Notes: generated from the letters alone by a model not told the origin. A DNA stretch of 64,000 nucleotides from Escherichia coli (GCF_013315695.1 NZ_CP054353.1), one strand, 5' to 3'. Shown: positions 1 through 8,189, counted from the first letter of the stretch. Translations and numbers: made by a program.

Positions 1-518
1 CGCATTATGTTACTCAGGTGCTGCCGTGTGCGGGACGCAACCTCCAGCAGATCTTTTTCCTCGATCCCTTTCAGCAGGTCAATGAAATGACGGGGTTTAA
101 GTTCTGATACAGGTAGGTTCCCGATGACCGGAAAGATGTGATTGTTCAGGCTGGCAAGCAGACGGTCGGCGGTGTTCTGCGACCATTTCCTGTTACTTTT
201 ATGCCACGCCAGCGCCACGTTTTTAAAAACTTTCTCCGGTGTTCGTGAGCCACGTTCAGCAGCCCGCTGCTGTACCGGGTTGATATTCAGCGCCAGTATT
301 TTACGGATACCTTCACGTTGCTGTCGCGCATCAGACAGGGAGATGGCTGGATAGGCACCCAGCGCAATGCGGGATTCTTTACCGCTAATACGGTATTTGA
401 GATACCAGTGGCGGGAGCCACCCGGCTTGACCCGCAGATACAGACCGTGAGAATCGGAGACTTTAAAGGGTTTATCAGAAGGCTTGAGGGTGCGGATTTT
501 TGCGTCGGTAAGGGATAT
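1..518 (-). CDS. P4-type tyrosine integrase, N-terminal about 172 codons (3' part runs off the window); canonical start position reads ATA
   Basis: The reverse frame reads ISLTDAKIRTLKPSDKPFKVSDSHGLYLRVKPGGSRHWYLKYRISGKESRIALGAYPAISLSDARQQREG..., the conserved N-terminus of P4/CP4-type integrases that flank tRNA genes. It is absent from the ORF track (edge-truncated, and no ATG/GTG/TTG between the upstream TAA at 534-536 and codon 516-518). Confidence 0.75.
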   Translation of the reverse strand, partial: MSLTDAKIRTLKPSDKPFKVSDSHGLYLRVKPGGSRHWYLKYRISGKESRIALGAYPAISLSDARQQREGIRKILALNINPVQQRAAERGSRTPEKVFKNVALAWHKSNRKWSQNTADRLLASLNNHIFPVIGNLPVSELKPRHFIDLLKGIEEKDLLEVASRTRQHLSNIM

Positions 519-679
519 ATGGGGGTCACTCCATTATCGAACTAACCTGACCCCAGATTTGACCACCAATTTTTCCCGATGCGTAGGGTAAAATCAAAAT
601 GCACCGAGAAGAGTTTTCACACTAACCTGTTGAATCAACATCAGATAAAGATTCGCAAGGATGCATGAAAACAGAAAAT

Positions 680-755
680 TGGCTCCTCTGACTGGACTCG
701 AACCAGTGACATACGGATTAACAGTCCGCCGTTCTACCGACTGAACTACAGAGGA
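680..755 (-). tRNA. asnT: tRNA-Asn (GUU)
   Basis: The reverse complement is TCCTCTGTAGTTCAGTCGGTAGAACGGCGGACTGTTAATCCGTATGTCACTGGTTCGAGTCCAGTCAGAGGAGCCA. This gives a cloverleaf with anticodon GTT and an encoded CCA. Confidence 0.95.
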
Positions 756-855
756 ATCGTGTGAACGGGGCGAATATTACTTAGCGGTACCTTGTCTGTC
801 AACACTAAATTTCATAAGCCATTTCAATTGGTTAATTAACCTTCAAACTTGTTAA

Positions 856-1653
856 TTAATGAACATTCGTCGCCGAAAACGAGTCTGTATCATTAGCGTG
901 ATGCAGTCTCTGCAAAGGATCTTGTTGATAAAATTGACAGAAACGTTGCCACAATGAAGGGAAACGAGGAGCAAAAAGTTCTGGGGCGCTAAAGAAATAT
1001 TCAGAAAGTACGGCAAAACATTCAGCAGGATCACTGGCAGCATAAGCATCAATGCTCGCCGCATTCTCACCAACTAATTCGATTTCTTCCTGAATGTTGT
1101 TCATTGCAGCATGAAGATCGTGTTCCCAGCCAGCAACCTCACGCAACGAAATAAAGGGAACTCCGCTGGCGCGATCGCCGTTACGGGTGTCCAGCTTATG
1201 AGCGACTTCATGAATAATCAGGTTAAAACCAGAAGCATCAAAAGAATCTTGTATATCCAACCAGTTCAAAACGATAGGCCCTTGCTGCCAGCTCTGACCT
1301 GACTGAACAATACGTTGGTTATGCACCAGACCGATATCGTCTTCCCATTCATCATCGACCACAAATGGCGCAGGATAAATTAAGATTTCATGAAAACCAT
1401 CCAGCCATTCCAGTCCTAACTCCAGAACGGGCAGGCAAAATAGAAGTGCTATCCGGCAGCTTCTTAATGAATTCAGCTCAAAGCCCTGTAAAGGAACAAG
1501 CCGTTTTTGCTGTAAAAAACGTTCGGCAAGAGCGACCAATTTGCTTTGTTCCTGTTCTGTCAGACACGTTAAAAGGGGGATCGATAGTGCTTCCTGCCAG
1601 GGAAGGGCAGTTTGATGTGCTGATTCTTGTACTTTCCAGGGCCACTTAATCAT
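856..1653 (-). CDS. mtfA: Mlc titration factor A (MtfA/YeeI), 265 aa
   Basis: The translation from [14 protein letters not shown]... contains the HEVAHKLD zinc-peptidase motif. It matches the remembered MtfA sequence and the K-12 neighbourhood (asnT, serU). Confidence 0.93.
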   Translation of the reverse strand: MIKWPWKVQESAHQTALPWQEALSIPLLTCLTEQEQSKLVALAERFLQQKRLVPLQGFELNSLRSCRIALLFCLPVLELGLEWLDGFHEILIYPAPFVVDDEWEDDIGLVHNQRIVQSGQSWQQGPIVLNWLDIQDSFDASGFNLIIHEVAHKLDTRNGDRASGVPFISLREVAGWEHDLHAAMNNIQEEIELVGENAASIDAYAASDPAECFAVLSEYFFSAPELFAPRFPSLWQRFCQFYQQDPLQRLHHANDTDSFSATNVH

Positions 1654-1746
1654 CGTTTTGCTCGCAAACTCGTCACTTGAACAAAATTGCACGGACAGGG
1701 ACTGTTAAAATGCCAAATTTCCTGGCATCATGGCAACCATCTGAAC

Positions 1747-1836
1747 GGAGAGATGCCGGAGCGGCTGAACGGACCGGTCTCGAAAACCGGAGTGGGGGCA
1801 ACTCCACCGGGGGTTCAAATCCCCCTCTCTCCGCCA
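1747..1836 (+). tRNA. serU: tRNA-Ser (CGA), long variable arm, encoded CCA; integration target of the prophage
   Basis: The sequence is GGAGAGATGCCGGAGCGGCTGAACGGACCGGTCTCGAAAACCGGAGTGGGGGCAACTCCACCGGGGGTTCAAATCCCCCTCTCTCCGCCA, with anticodon loop CTCGAAA. Confidence 0.95.
1775..1836 (+). repeat. attL core (62 nt, the 3' part of serU), repeated at 49225-49286
   Basis: Direct repeat CGGTCTCGAAAACCGGAGT[G/A]GGGGCAACTC[C/T]ACCGGGGGTTCAAATCCCCCTCTCTCCGCCA. The two copies differ at 2 positions only. Confidence 0.9.
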
Positions 1837-1881
1837 AAATTCAATCACTTACACATCATTAAGTCAGTGACAAAAATCACA

Positions 1882-1912
1882 CTTGGAATTACTTGGAATA
1901 TTTTCTTGGAAT
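1882..1912 (+). promoter_or_regulatory. Three direct CTTGGAAT repeats, likely Int arm-type binding sites (P' arm)
   Basis: CTTGGAAT occurs at 1882-1889, 1892-1899 and 1905-1912, overlapping the int stop codon. The same octamer recurs near attR (49113-49120, and inverted at 49178-49185). Confidence 0.55.
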
Positions 1913-2914
1913 ATTTTCAGGTAACGGGACATCAAGTGTTGGTGAAACTTTAACCTTCCTGTCATAGATTAGCACTTGCCCTTCGGTTTTGTGACCAGAG
2001 AAAAGTTGCTTATCCCGGCTGCTTCCTTCATAGTCTGAAATTCCTTTCGCCTTCAGATCATGAAAGGTGAAGTCGGTTAAAATACCTGAAATTTTTCCAG
2101 CACGATTTCTTGCTTCTACCCACATTTCGTTAAAGCCTTTGTACATATATCGGTTGCCGTATTGATTGCTGATCACATAGGCAGATTTTGGTAACTGTTT
2201 TGCTTTTTCGATCGCTGCCTGTAATCGTGGACTCCATGCTTTTATCTGTTTTTTTCCGGTTTTCCCTTGCTGGATGAATATCCCGTCGTTTCCAATCTGT
2301 TCCCATTTCAGCGATAACACATCGGAAACCCTCGCTGCACACAGATAGGCAATTTCCATTGCGATAAAAACAGGAAGAGGTGCAACGCTTAATACTGCCT
2401 GGTATTCTTTGTCGGTTACATATCGTTCGCGGTTTTTGGCCTTGAATTTACTTACACCTGCACATGGGTTAGCCTTGACGTACCCTCGCTCATACCCCCA
2501 ACTGTAAACACGGGACATACTGCTTTTTTCATGGTTGGCTTGCGTTTTACTCTGCTCCCCTCTTTTGTCCATGTATCGACGGATGTGTTCTGGTTTTATG
2601 GAATCCGCTGGTACCTTACCGAATACGGCAAGCAACTTTTTTTGATGTTGCAGATAATCTTTTTGTGTTCTTGGACTAAGGTCACTGTAATAGGCGCTGG
2701 CGAGGAATTTTTCCCACAAGCGACCGAATGTCATTGCACGATCGCGATTATTTACAGTTTCCTCATACTTTTTCCATAAAGCAGCTAAACCATCCTTGAT
2801 GGCGGTTAGTGTGACAGATTCTCTGGATGTTGGTTTCCATACATAACTATATTTATTTGGGTATACATTTGGAGGTAATTTTTCGTGTTCAGGATTTTTC
2901 CTTCGTCTTCCCAT
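1889..2914 (-). CDS. int: Phage tyrosine integrase (lambda Int family), 341 aa
   Basis: The gene is adjacent to attL. The C-terminal catalytic region has FHDLKAKG ... GHKTEGQVLIYDR (His/Arg/Tyr motif context). It overlaps the xis-like gene by 1 nt. Confidence 0.9.
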   Translation of the reverse strand: MGRRRKNPEHEKLPPNVYPNKYSYVWKPTSRESVTLTAIKDGLAALWKKYEETVNNRDRAMTFGRLWEKFLASAYYSDLSPRTQKDYLQHQKKLLAVFGKVPADSIKPEHIRRYMDKRGEQSKTQANHEKSSMSRVYSWGYERGYVKANPCAGVSKFKAKNRERYVTDKEYQAVLSVAPLPVFIAMEIAYLCAARVSDVLSLKWEQIGNDGIFIQQGKTGKKQIKAWSPRLQAAIEKAKQLPKSAYVISNQYGNRYMYKGFNEMWVEARNRAGKISGILTDFTFHDLKAKGISDYEGSSRDKQLFSGHKTEGQVLIYDRKVKVSPTLDVPLPENIPRKYSK

Positions 2915-3117
2915 CAGATCGCACCAAAATTCGGCTCTACCTCGCGTGGTGGTAAAGTTTTATTGCAGGTAAATAGATCCCGGCTGACAATCGGTTTGCC
3001 ACTACGATTGGTATAGAACGGAAGCCCGTTTTCCATTAACCATTTTCGCTGGTGGCTTGCATATTTGCAGCCCGTTAATATTAGCAATTCATCTTCGGTT
3101 AAAAATAAGCTGCTCAT
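2914..3117 (-). CDS. xis: Excisionase-like small DNA-binding protein (DUF4224-like), 67 aa
   Basis: The position immediately upstream of int and the sequence MSSLFLTEDELLILTGCKYASHQRKWLMENGLPFY... resemble small HTH proteins paired with integrases. Confidence 0.7.
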   Translation of the reverse strand: MSSLFLTEDELLILTGCKYASHQRKWLMENGLPFYTNRSGKPIVSRDLFTCNKTLPPREVEPNFGAI

Positions 3118-3175
3118 AGCTATATCTCATAACCGCCGCTAACTATATACGGTTAGCGGCAATTAGGGTTGAACA

Positions 3176-5617
3176 TTAAAAATCAGCCTGACTCGGGATC
3201 AGTTTTTGCCAGATAGCTGAAACGTATTTTGCCTGGTAACGAGCGTCATCAAGTGCATTATGTCGCTCACCTTCGAATGGAATAGCCGTTCTGGCATCGA
3301 AGTCTATGGCTTTCCCCAGCTCAACGATTGTGCGTACATCGCGATCGTTGTAGTAACGCCACGGGCAGGGGATCCCCTGCCGTTCGTATGAACGGCGCAA
3401 AATCGTGTTGTCGAAGTTGGCTCCATTTCCCCAAACCTGAACAAAAAATTCACCGGAGTTTTCGTCGATAAATTCCCGCAATTGTAACAGTGCATCATCT
3501 AACGGGATTTCATCGGTCATAATGGCAGATTGCGCTTCGCGTGATTGCTTAAGCCACCATTTAATGGTGTCCCGATCAATGACTCCGCCAGCAGTTTCCA
3601 GATCGATAGTCTTACTAAATTCCGGTCCCATATCTCCGGTTTGCGGATCGAAAAATATTGCACCTATTGAGATGATCGGGGCATCAGGATTTTTTCCCAT
3701 GGTTTCAAGGTCGATCATTAGATGGTCACACGTCCTGCTGGTGGATGTGATTTCGTGATGACCGTTCACCTTAATTGAGTGATCTGCCGTCTCGCCAGTT
3801 TTATTATCGCTGGCGTGATGCTGATTGCCGCCAGGGTTCTCCTTGTGTGGATGTTCAGCGCCTTCCATTTCCTCCGGATCATTTTCCTGAACTTCAACCT
3901 GATTCTCTTCATCGAATGTTTCCTGGTATGTTGCGTCGCCCATCACCGCGCCACAATCAGGGCAGTTGCCGCCACCGCTCTGACCGCAGGCGGTGCAGAC
4001 TTTTTCCGGTTCCTGTTGCGCTACTGGTTCGGATTGTTTCGTTTCTGGCTCGTTTTGTAACGCATTTGGGCTGTTTTGTTCCGCTTTTTGGTCGTTCCGT
4101 TCCGATTCATGCTGGTTCTGGTTCACAGAATCGCGAGTCTGGATCCCCTTGACCCATTTCGGATCATTAGGGTCGCTAATCCCCTCAACAAATTCACCAC
4201 GCGATACAGCAAGTAACTTATCGGCGTCAGGCTGGCTGATATTGGCTGCCTGCATAATTTTGTTTGCTTCGTCAGCGGTGACTTTTACTTGGTTAGCGGA
4301 ACTCACCTGCGACTGAGCATCCAGCGACTGCGCGTTCTGGCCATGTTCAGTTGTATCCGGTTCCATTGTTTCAGTTGTTGCCTGTTCACCTGCCATTGCG
4401 TCAGATGGTTGTGGTTTTTCTTCTTCTGTTTCACGCTCAGTAACCACCTCGCGGTTAATTTCTTCCAGGATATCTTTTTCCGGCGTATGCCGGGCAGCTG
4501 TGAGAGTTTCCTTGCTGGGGTTCTCGTGATCAGTTTCCGTCAAATAGGCGTTGATATACCCCTGAAGGCGTCCCGGGTAGTGATAAAATTCAGGGTGTGC
4601 GCTTCGGATAAGTGCAAAAATAGCGGCGCGGGAATAGTCCAGAATACCCGGGGTTGCACGAAGTGCTGCGGACCATTCTTTGAACGGACTTTCTTTGTTC
4701 AGGACTACTTCTTTTGCGCGACGATAAACGCTGCCCGGAATTTCATAAATATTAAAATCCATCGGAAGTGTGGCTGCTGCAATCTCCACATCCAGTGTGT
4801 CGAGGGTGTGTACTAAATTCGGATTGCGATCGGTTTTGTTCCCACCGCCAGCATTAGCACCGGAAGCCGTGCGGGTGATGCGTGAAACACGATTTCCTTT
4901 CATCCACTCTTTTGTCAGCAGACCCCGATCAGTGTAGTCAGCGTCCAGGTATGCTTCGAAAAAAGCAGTTATTAGTCCCAGGTCTGAATTACCAGGATTA
5001 GGGAAAACTTTGTCAGTGTCACGAACCAGTTTGTGGAGGTCGCGAATCTCCAGCGAGTCGAGCAGACTGGTTTTATGCGAAATAGCCAGGGCAGTAACAG
5101 CCGGTAGTTCTTCAGCCCGTGCAATGTGTAATGCCTGGAGTTCGTCGCGTGAAACGTGCGTTACTGGTTTTTCGCTGCCGTGTTGAGCAAGCCAACGAAT
5201 GGGCAGTTCCTGACCGGAGACAGGCAGAAGCATGCTCTCCTCAATCTCAGTCATGTCTTCGCCGTTGATGTTGGTATTGTCAGTGCTGGCTGGTTTGTCC
5301 TGAACAGAGGGGGAAGGGCCGATAAATGTCATTGTGATGCCATCTTTCCCGCCTTTTTCATAGCGGTTGCAGAATTCAGTATCAAACACGCCTTCTGGCG
5401 GAAGGTCGTCAACAACGGGCAAATTGACGCGGACGGGTTTTTTAAAGTCGTCTTCATCATAATCGTTGTCATCCATTGCGGTAATGCAGCGGGAGATTGC
5501 AACAGATAATTTTTTTGCTGTAGCCCAGTAAAAACCACCTTTAATTCCCAGGCGTTTTCTTACTTTGTCATTTTTTGCTTCGCAATATAGTGCAAATTCT
5601 TCTTTATCAGTGCTCAT
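3176..5617 (-). CDS. Large early protein, 813 aa: RecE-like N-terminal region, acidic low-complexity linker with a CxxC..CxxC zinc ribbon, and a C-terminal DEDDh (DnaQ-like) 3'-5' exonuclease domain
   Basis: The N-terminal segment [60 protein letters not shown]... is near-identical to remembered Rac RecE. The C-terminus (MIDLETMG ... [12 protein letters not shown] ... [11 protein letters not shown]) carries the Exo I, II and III DEDDh motifs. Confidence 0.85.
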   Translation of the reverse strand: MSTDKEEFALYCEAKNDKVRKRLGIKGGFYWATAKKLSVAISRCITAMDDNDYDEDDFKKPVRVNLPVVDDLPPEGVFDTEFCNRYEKGGKDGITMTFIGPSPSVQDKPASTDNTNINGEDMTEIEESMLLPVSGQELPIRWLAQHGSEKPVTHVSRDELQALHIARAEELPAVTALAISHKTSLLDSLEIRDLHKLVRDTDKVFPNPGNSDLGLITAFFEAYLDADYTDRGLLTKEWMKGNRVSRITRTASGANAGGGNKTDRNPNLVHTLDTLDVEIAAATLPMDFNIYEIPGSVYRRAKEVVLNKESPFKEWSAALRATPGILDYSRAAIFALIRSAHPEFYHYPGRLQGYINAYLTETDHENPSKETLTAARHTPEKDILEEINREVVTERETEEEKPQPSDAMAGEQATTETMEPDTTEHGQNAQSLDAQSQVSSANQVKVTADEANKIMQAANISQPDADKLLAVSRGEFVEGISDPNDPKWVKGIQTRDSVNQNQHESERNDQKAEQNSPNALQNEPETKQSEPVAQQEPEKVCTACGQSGGGNCPDCGAVMGDATYQETFDEENQVEVQENDPEEMEGAEHPHKENPGGNQHHASDNKTGETADHSIKVNGHHEITSTSRTCDHLMIDLETMGKNPDAPIISIGAIFFDPQTGDMGPEFSKTIDLETAGGVIDRDTIKWWLKQSREAQSAIMTDEIPLDDALLQLREFIDENSGEFFVQVWGNGANFDNTILRRSYERQGIPCPWRYYNDRDVRTIVELGKAIDFDARTAIPFEGERHNALDDARYQAKYVSAIWQKLIPSQADF

Positions 5618-5710
5618 TATTGGTAAACCTCATCACAGATTTAAGGGTGAACAAATCTCTGCCATTGCTGACATATAAGAATGAAACTGGATATTTATTA
5701 CGGTGCTGTT

Positions 5711-5902
5711 TTAAAATCCTGCCGGGATTTCGTTATTATCCTGGTGAATAACTTTATCGACCGGATAACAGTTGCCTGGAATTTTCTGTTCGGTTGCTGC
5801 TGCCATACATTCCTGCATTGTTCTGTGAACACTGACTGCAATATCAACTGGCTCTCCGGAAACAAGAAAAACTGTCAGAACAAGCACAAATGCTGAATTC
5901 AT
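5711..5902 (-). CDS. ydfD: YdfD-like small membrane/lysis protein (DUF1482), 63 aa
   Basis: MNSAFVLVLTVFLVSGEPVDIAVSVHRTMQECMAAATEQKIPGNCYPVDKVIHQDNNEIPAGF matches remembered Qin YdfD. Its start overlaps the dicB stop (ATGA). Confidence 0.85.
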   Translation of the reverse strand: MNSAFVLVLTVFLVSGEPVDIAVSVHRTMQECMAAATEQKIPGNCYPVDKVIHQDNNEIPAGF

Positions 5903-6087
5903 TGTGCACATCCTTTTGGCATCAGACGTAAACGAGCCAGCATTGAAACAATGCATATTTTATTTAATAGCTCCCGTTCTTGTTTTCTCTTGTTAATGGC
6001 ATCTTCAGTAAATACTGGGTTACTGATAGTGACACCAATTTCAAAACAACCTTCAGACGTATTAACGTTTGGTAATAACGTTTTCAT
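5899..6087 (-). CDS. dicB: Cell-division inhibitor DicB, 62 aa
   Basis: MKTLLPNVNTSEGCFEIGVTISNPVFTEDAINKRKQERELLNKICIVSMLARLRLMPKGCAQ appears identical to K-12 DicB as I remember it. The start is the internal ATG of ORF 5899..6192. Confidence 0.92.
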   Translation of the reverse strand: MKTLLPNVNTSEGCFEIGVTISNPVFTEDAINKRKQERELLNKICIVSMLARLRLMPKGCAQ

Positions 6088-6256
6088 TATCGCGTCCTCA
6101 ACAATGAATTTTGTGATGCAGTGCCTGGTGCCTCCAGGTGACGTTAACCAGTTAACAATTAACGCCGGATACAGAGAATCCACCCATAACACTGTTTTTG
6201 GTTTTAACTGTTCCGCGTGCGCTCAGCCGCATTCACCACATCACAAAATTCACTTT

Positions 6257-6314
6257 AAAAAGGGCGGCAGAGCAGTCACGGAGTAAAACTGATACCGCCA
6301 AACGTCACCAGAAA
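6257..6314 (-). ncRNA. dicF: DicF small regulatory RNA (ftsZ-targeting antisense sRNA)
   Basis: The reverse complement reads TTTCTGGTGACGTTTGGCGGTATCAGTTTTACTCCGTGACTGCTCTGCCGCCCTTTTT, which is the DicF sequence including its terminator hairpin and U tract. It lies upstream of dicB, as in Qin. Confidence 0.92.
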
Positions 6315-6654
6315 ATTGATAACAGAGGGCGTTGCAGCGGGGTTGTCACTTAAGCGTATGGTCAACCTGACAACCCGGTGTCCTCAACGGGGAAGGAATA
6401 ACCCCGCCATACTTACCGCCGCGCCATTTCGCGGGTTGCCACAACCGGAAGCGCACGGTCGACGAAAATTTAACGACAGGCTATCTATGAACCAGCTACC
6501 TCGCCGTGCGCTTTCGCGTTATGGTCTGACTTTTCATGGAAATATCCTTTCAGTAAACTGTCAGTGCCGGATGCTCACCCGTGTCCGGCGCACGCACTCC
6601 ACCTCACCCGTGGAGAACTCCTTAATTACCAACCTTAGCTTCGTTGGTTAGCTA

Positions 6655-6873
6655 TTAACGCGGGTATGTAATCATTCTGGCAATGCTTAATGCCGCTGCT
6701 TTTTCCAGCCTGGTGATATCCTGCTCCAGAGAGAACAGATTTTCAGCCTGCTTAGCCCTGGCTTCATTAGCCCATTTCAGATCCTGCGCTGCATTAATTT
6801 TCTGGCGCATCCACTCATAAAGTTCATCATCGGTATAGTCTGGCGCGATGATGACAGGTTCTCGTTTCTGCAT
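6655..6873 (-). CDS. ydfC: YdfC-like protein, 72 aa
   Basis: MQKREPVIIAPDYTDDELYEWMRQKINAAQDLKWANEARAKQAENL... matches remembered Qin YdfC. An AAGGAG RBS lies upstream of the ATG at 6873. Confidence 0.85.
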   Translation of the reverse strand: MQKREPVIIAPDYTDDELYEWMRQKINAAQDLKWANEARAKQAENLFSLEQDITRLEKAAALSIARMITYPR

Positions 6874-6944
6874 GTCAGCTCCTTGTGGTTCGCATTGCCT
6901 GCTTTTAACCACGTCAGGCGAGGTGGTATCCTCTGAGGGGTCTG

Positions 6945-7301
6945 TTACTCGAGAGGAAATTGGTTATGAATACAATCAAGTTTTCTTGCCCAGAATGTGG
7001 TGGCGAAGTCTTTGACACATCCTTTAAGCCGCAGGGCTCTGACAGTTTCGCGGGAGCCATCTGCAAAAATTGTGGTCACCTTGTAACTGAAGATGAGTCC
7101 TCGCAGTTCGATGACGAAATCGTTGACAATATCTTCGGTGCACTCACCAGAGACTTTCTGAAATAAAGACGCATACCGCTTAGTTACCGCTCTGATAATT
7201 CTTACCTGTCCGGCAATGGCGCTGATATCAATATAAAGCGCCATCGCTGTTTCTTTGCTGATCCCTGGACGCCTTCCATTCTGATGTTTGACTTCGCCCA
7301 C
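6945..7301 (-). CDS. Alternative call: first ORF of the dicB-type operon (118 aa, GTG start), function unknown
   Basis: It is correctly placed downstream of the DicA-operator-controlled promoter, with an AGAGGA RBS. However, it is rich in rare AGA/AGG/GGA codons and fully contains the antisense zinc-ribbon ORF. Confidence 0.4.
   Translation of the reverse strand: MGEVKHQNGRRPGISKETAMALYIDISAIAGQVRIIRAVTKRYASLFQKVSGECTEDIVNDFVIELRGLIFSYKVTTIFADGSRETVRALRLKGCVKDFATTFWARKLDCIHNQFPLE
6966..7166 (+). CDS. Candidate 66-aa zinc-ribbon protein (CPECGG..24 aa..CKNCGH), antisense to the dicB operon
   Basis: A GAGGAA RBS lies 7 nt upstream of the ATG. The ORF has two CxxCG knuckles and mostly common E. 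coli codons. It is codon-for-codon antisense to ORF 6945..7301, so only one of the two is likely real. Confidence 0.5.
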   Translation: MNTIKFSCPECGGEVFDTSFKPQGSDSFAGAICKNCGHLVTEDESSQFDDEIVDNIFGALTRDFLK

Positions 7302-7382
7302 TGAGAAATCCTCTGTTTCCCCTTAACGCCGGGGTAGCGGAACTGTTTGCTGAGAACACCGTGCGGTGTCTTGATGGAGATT

Positions 7383-7438
7383 AATTTAGAATAACCTAAC
7401 AGATGTGGCAAGTGTTTTTTGTTAGATTGATCTAACAA
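7383..7438 (-). promoter_or_regulatory. dicB-operon promoter (TTGCCA-N17-TAAATT) with two DicA-type operators (TTAG-N6-CTAA)
   Basis: On the reverse strand the -35 lies at 7406-7411 and the -10 at 7383-7388. The palindromes are TTGTTAGATCAATCTAACAA (7419-7438) and TTAGGTTATTCTAA (7386-7399). Confidence 0.65.
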
Positions 7439-7473
7439 GAAGAGTGAGGGAATCTAAGTGTCTGAAAGGAGTG

Positions 7474-7881
7474 TTATTTTATTGATTTGTTTTTACGTGC
7501 TTTAAGCATTTCTTCGAAGAGTTTATTGAAATTCTCTACTCTTGCGCGCATTTCAGACAGCAAGGCTTCCTGCTCGGAGGATGGAAGAGCATCGAATAAT
7601 TCGATCAATTCTTTGTGGCTGGGAGTTAACTCGGTTTCCACATGAAGTTCTTGTGCTGGCACTGGTGCCTTGTCTTCGTCACCAAACATTAGCCATGTAG
7701 GCGAGCACTTCAGCGCATCAGCTAAAGCAAACAACCGCTTCCCGACTGGTTGGGTTTCGTCTCTTTCCCATTGTGAAATTGTGACGTGAGCTACCCCAGC
7801 GAGGCGAGCGGCTTCTCGTTGTGTTAGGCGTAATTCTTTTCGTCGTGCCAGAACTCGCTGGCCTAGGGTTCTTGTATCCAT
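7474..7881 (-). CDS. dicA: HTH repressor DicA (P22 C2-like immunity repressor), 135 aa
   Basis: The Xre-type HTH (LTQREAARLAGVAHVTISQWERDET) and the C-terminus (...MRARVENFNKLFEEMLKARK) align with remembered K-12 DicA along its whole length. Confidence 0.9.
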   Translation of the reverse strand: MDTRTLGQRVLARRKELRLTQREAARLAGVAHVTISQWERDETQPVGKRLFALADALKCSPTWLMFGDEDKAPVPAQELHVETELTPSHKELIELFDALPSSEQEALLSEMRARVENFNKLFEEMLKARKNKSIK

Positions 7882-7883
7882 AG

Positions 7884-7948
7884 TTAGGTAATTCTAATTT
7901 TTCTTGACTTAGGTATCCCGCGCACATTACTGTTAGAAATATCTAACA
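7884..7948. promoter_or_regulatory. dicA/dicC divergent control region: two more TTAG-N6-CTAA operators and a TTGACT -35 element
   Basis: Operators are TTAGGTAATTCTAA (7884-7897) and TGTTAGAAATATCTAACA (7931-7948). TTGACT lies at 7904-7909, upstream of dicC. Confidence 0.6.
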
Positions 7949-7961
7949 AGAGGGGGCTTTG

Positions 7962-8189
7962 ATGCTTAAAGTTGACGCAATTACTTTTTTTGGCAGCAAA
8001 ACAAAGCTTGCCAATGCCGCAGGAGTGAAACTGGCAAGTGTTGCTGCATGGGGTGAACTGGTTCCTGAAGGTCGCGCGATGCGCCTGCAAGAGGCATCCG
8101 GCGGGGAACTTCAGTACGACCCCAAAGTTTATGACGAATATCGTAAGGCAAAGCGGGCGGGGCGGTTGAACAATGAAAATCACCCCTGA
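7962..8189 (+). CDS. dicC: Cro-like regulator DicC, 75 aa
   Basis: MLKVDAITFFGSKTKLANAAGVKLASVAAWGELVPEGRAMRLQEASGGELQYDPKVYDEYRKAKRAGRLNNENHP closely matches remembered DicC. Confidence 0.9.
   Translation: MLKVDAITFFGSKTKLANAAGVKLASVAAWGELVPEGRAMRLQEASGGELQYDPKVYDEYRKAKRAGRLNNENHP

Noticed and set aside
6316-6651. 111-aa forward ORF in the ydfC-dicF spacer.
   Set aside because: It is antisense to the dicF precursor region, has an Arg/Pro-rich improbable translation and no RBS. The region is better explained as structured precursor RNA.
7202-7438. 78-aa reverse ORF starting inside the operator palindrome.
   Set aside because: The start codon lies within the DicA operator/promoter, there is no RBS, and the ORF overlaps the promoter -35/-10 elements. 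It is likely spurious.
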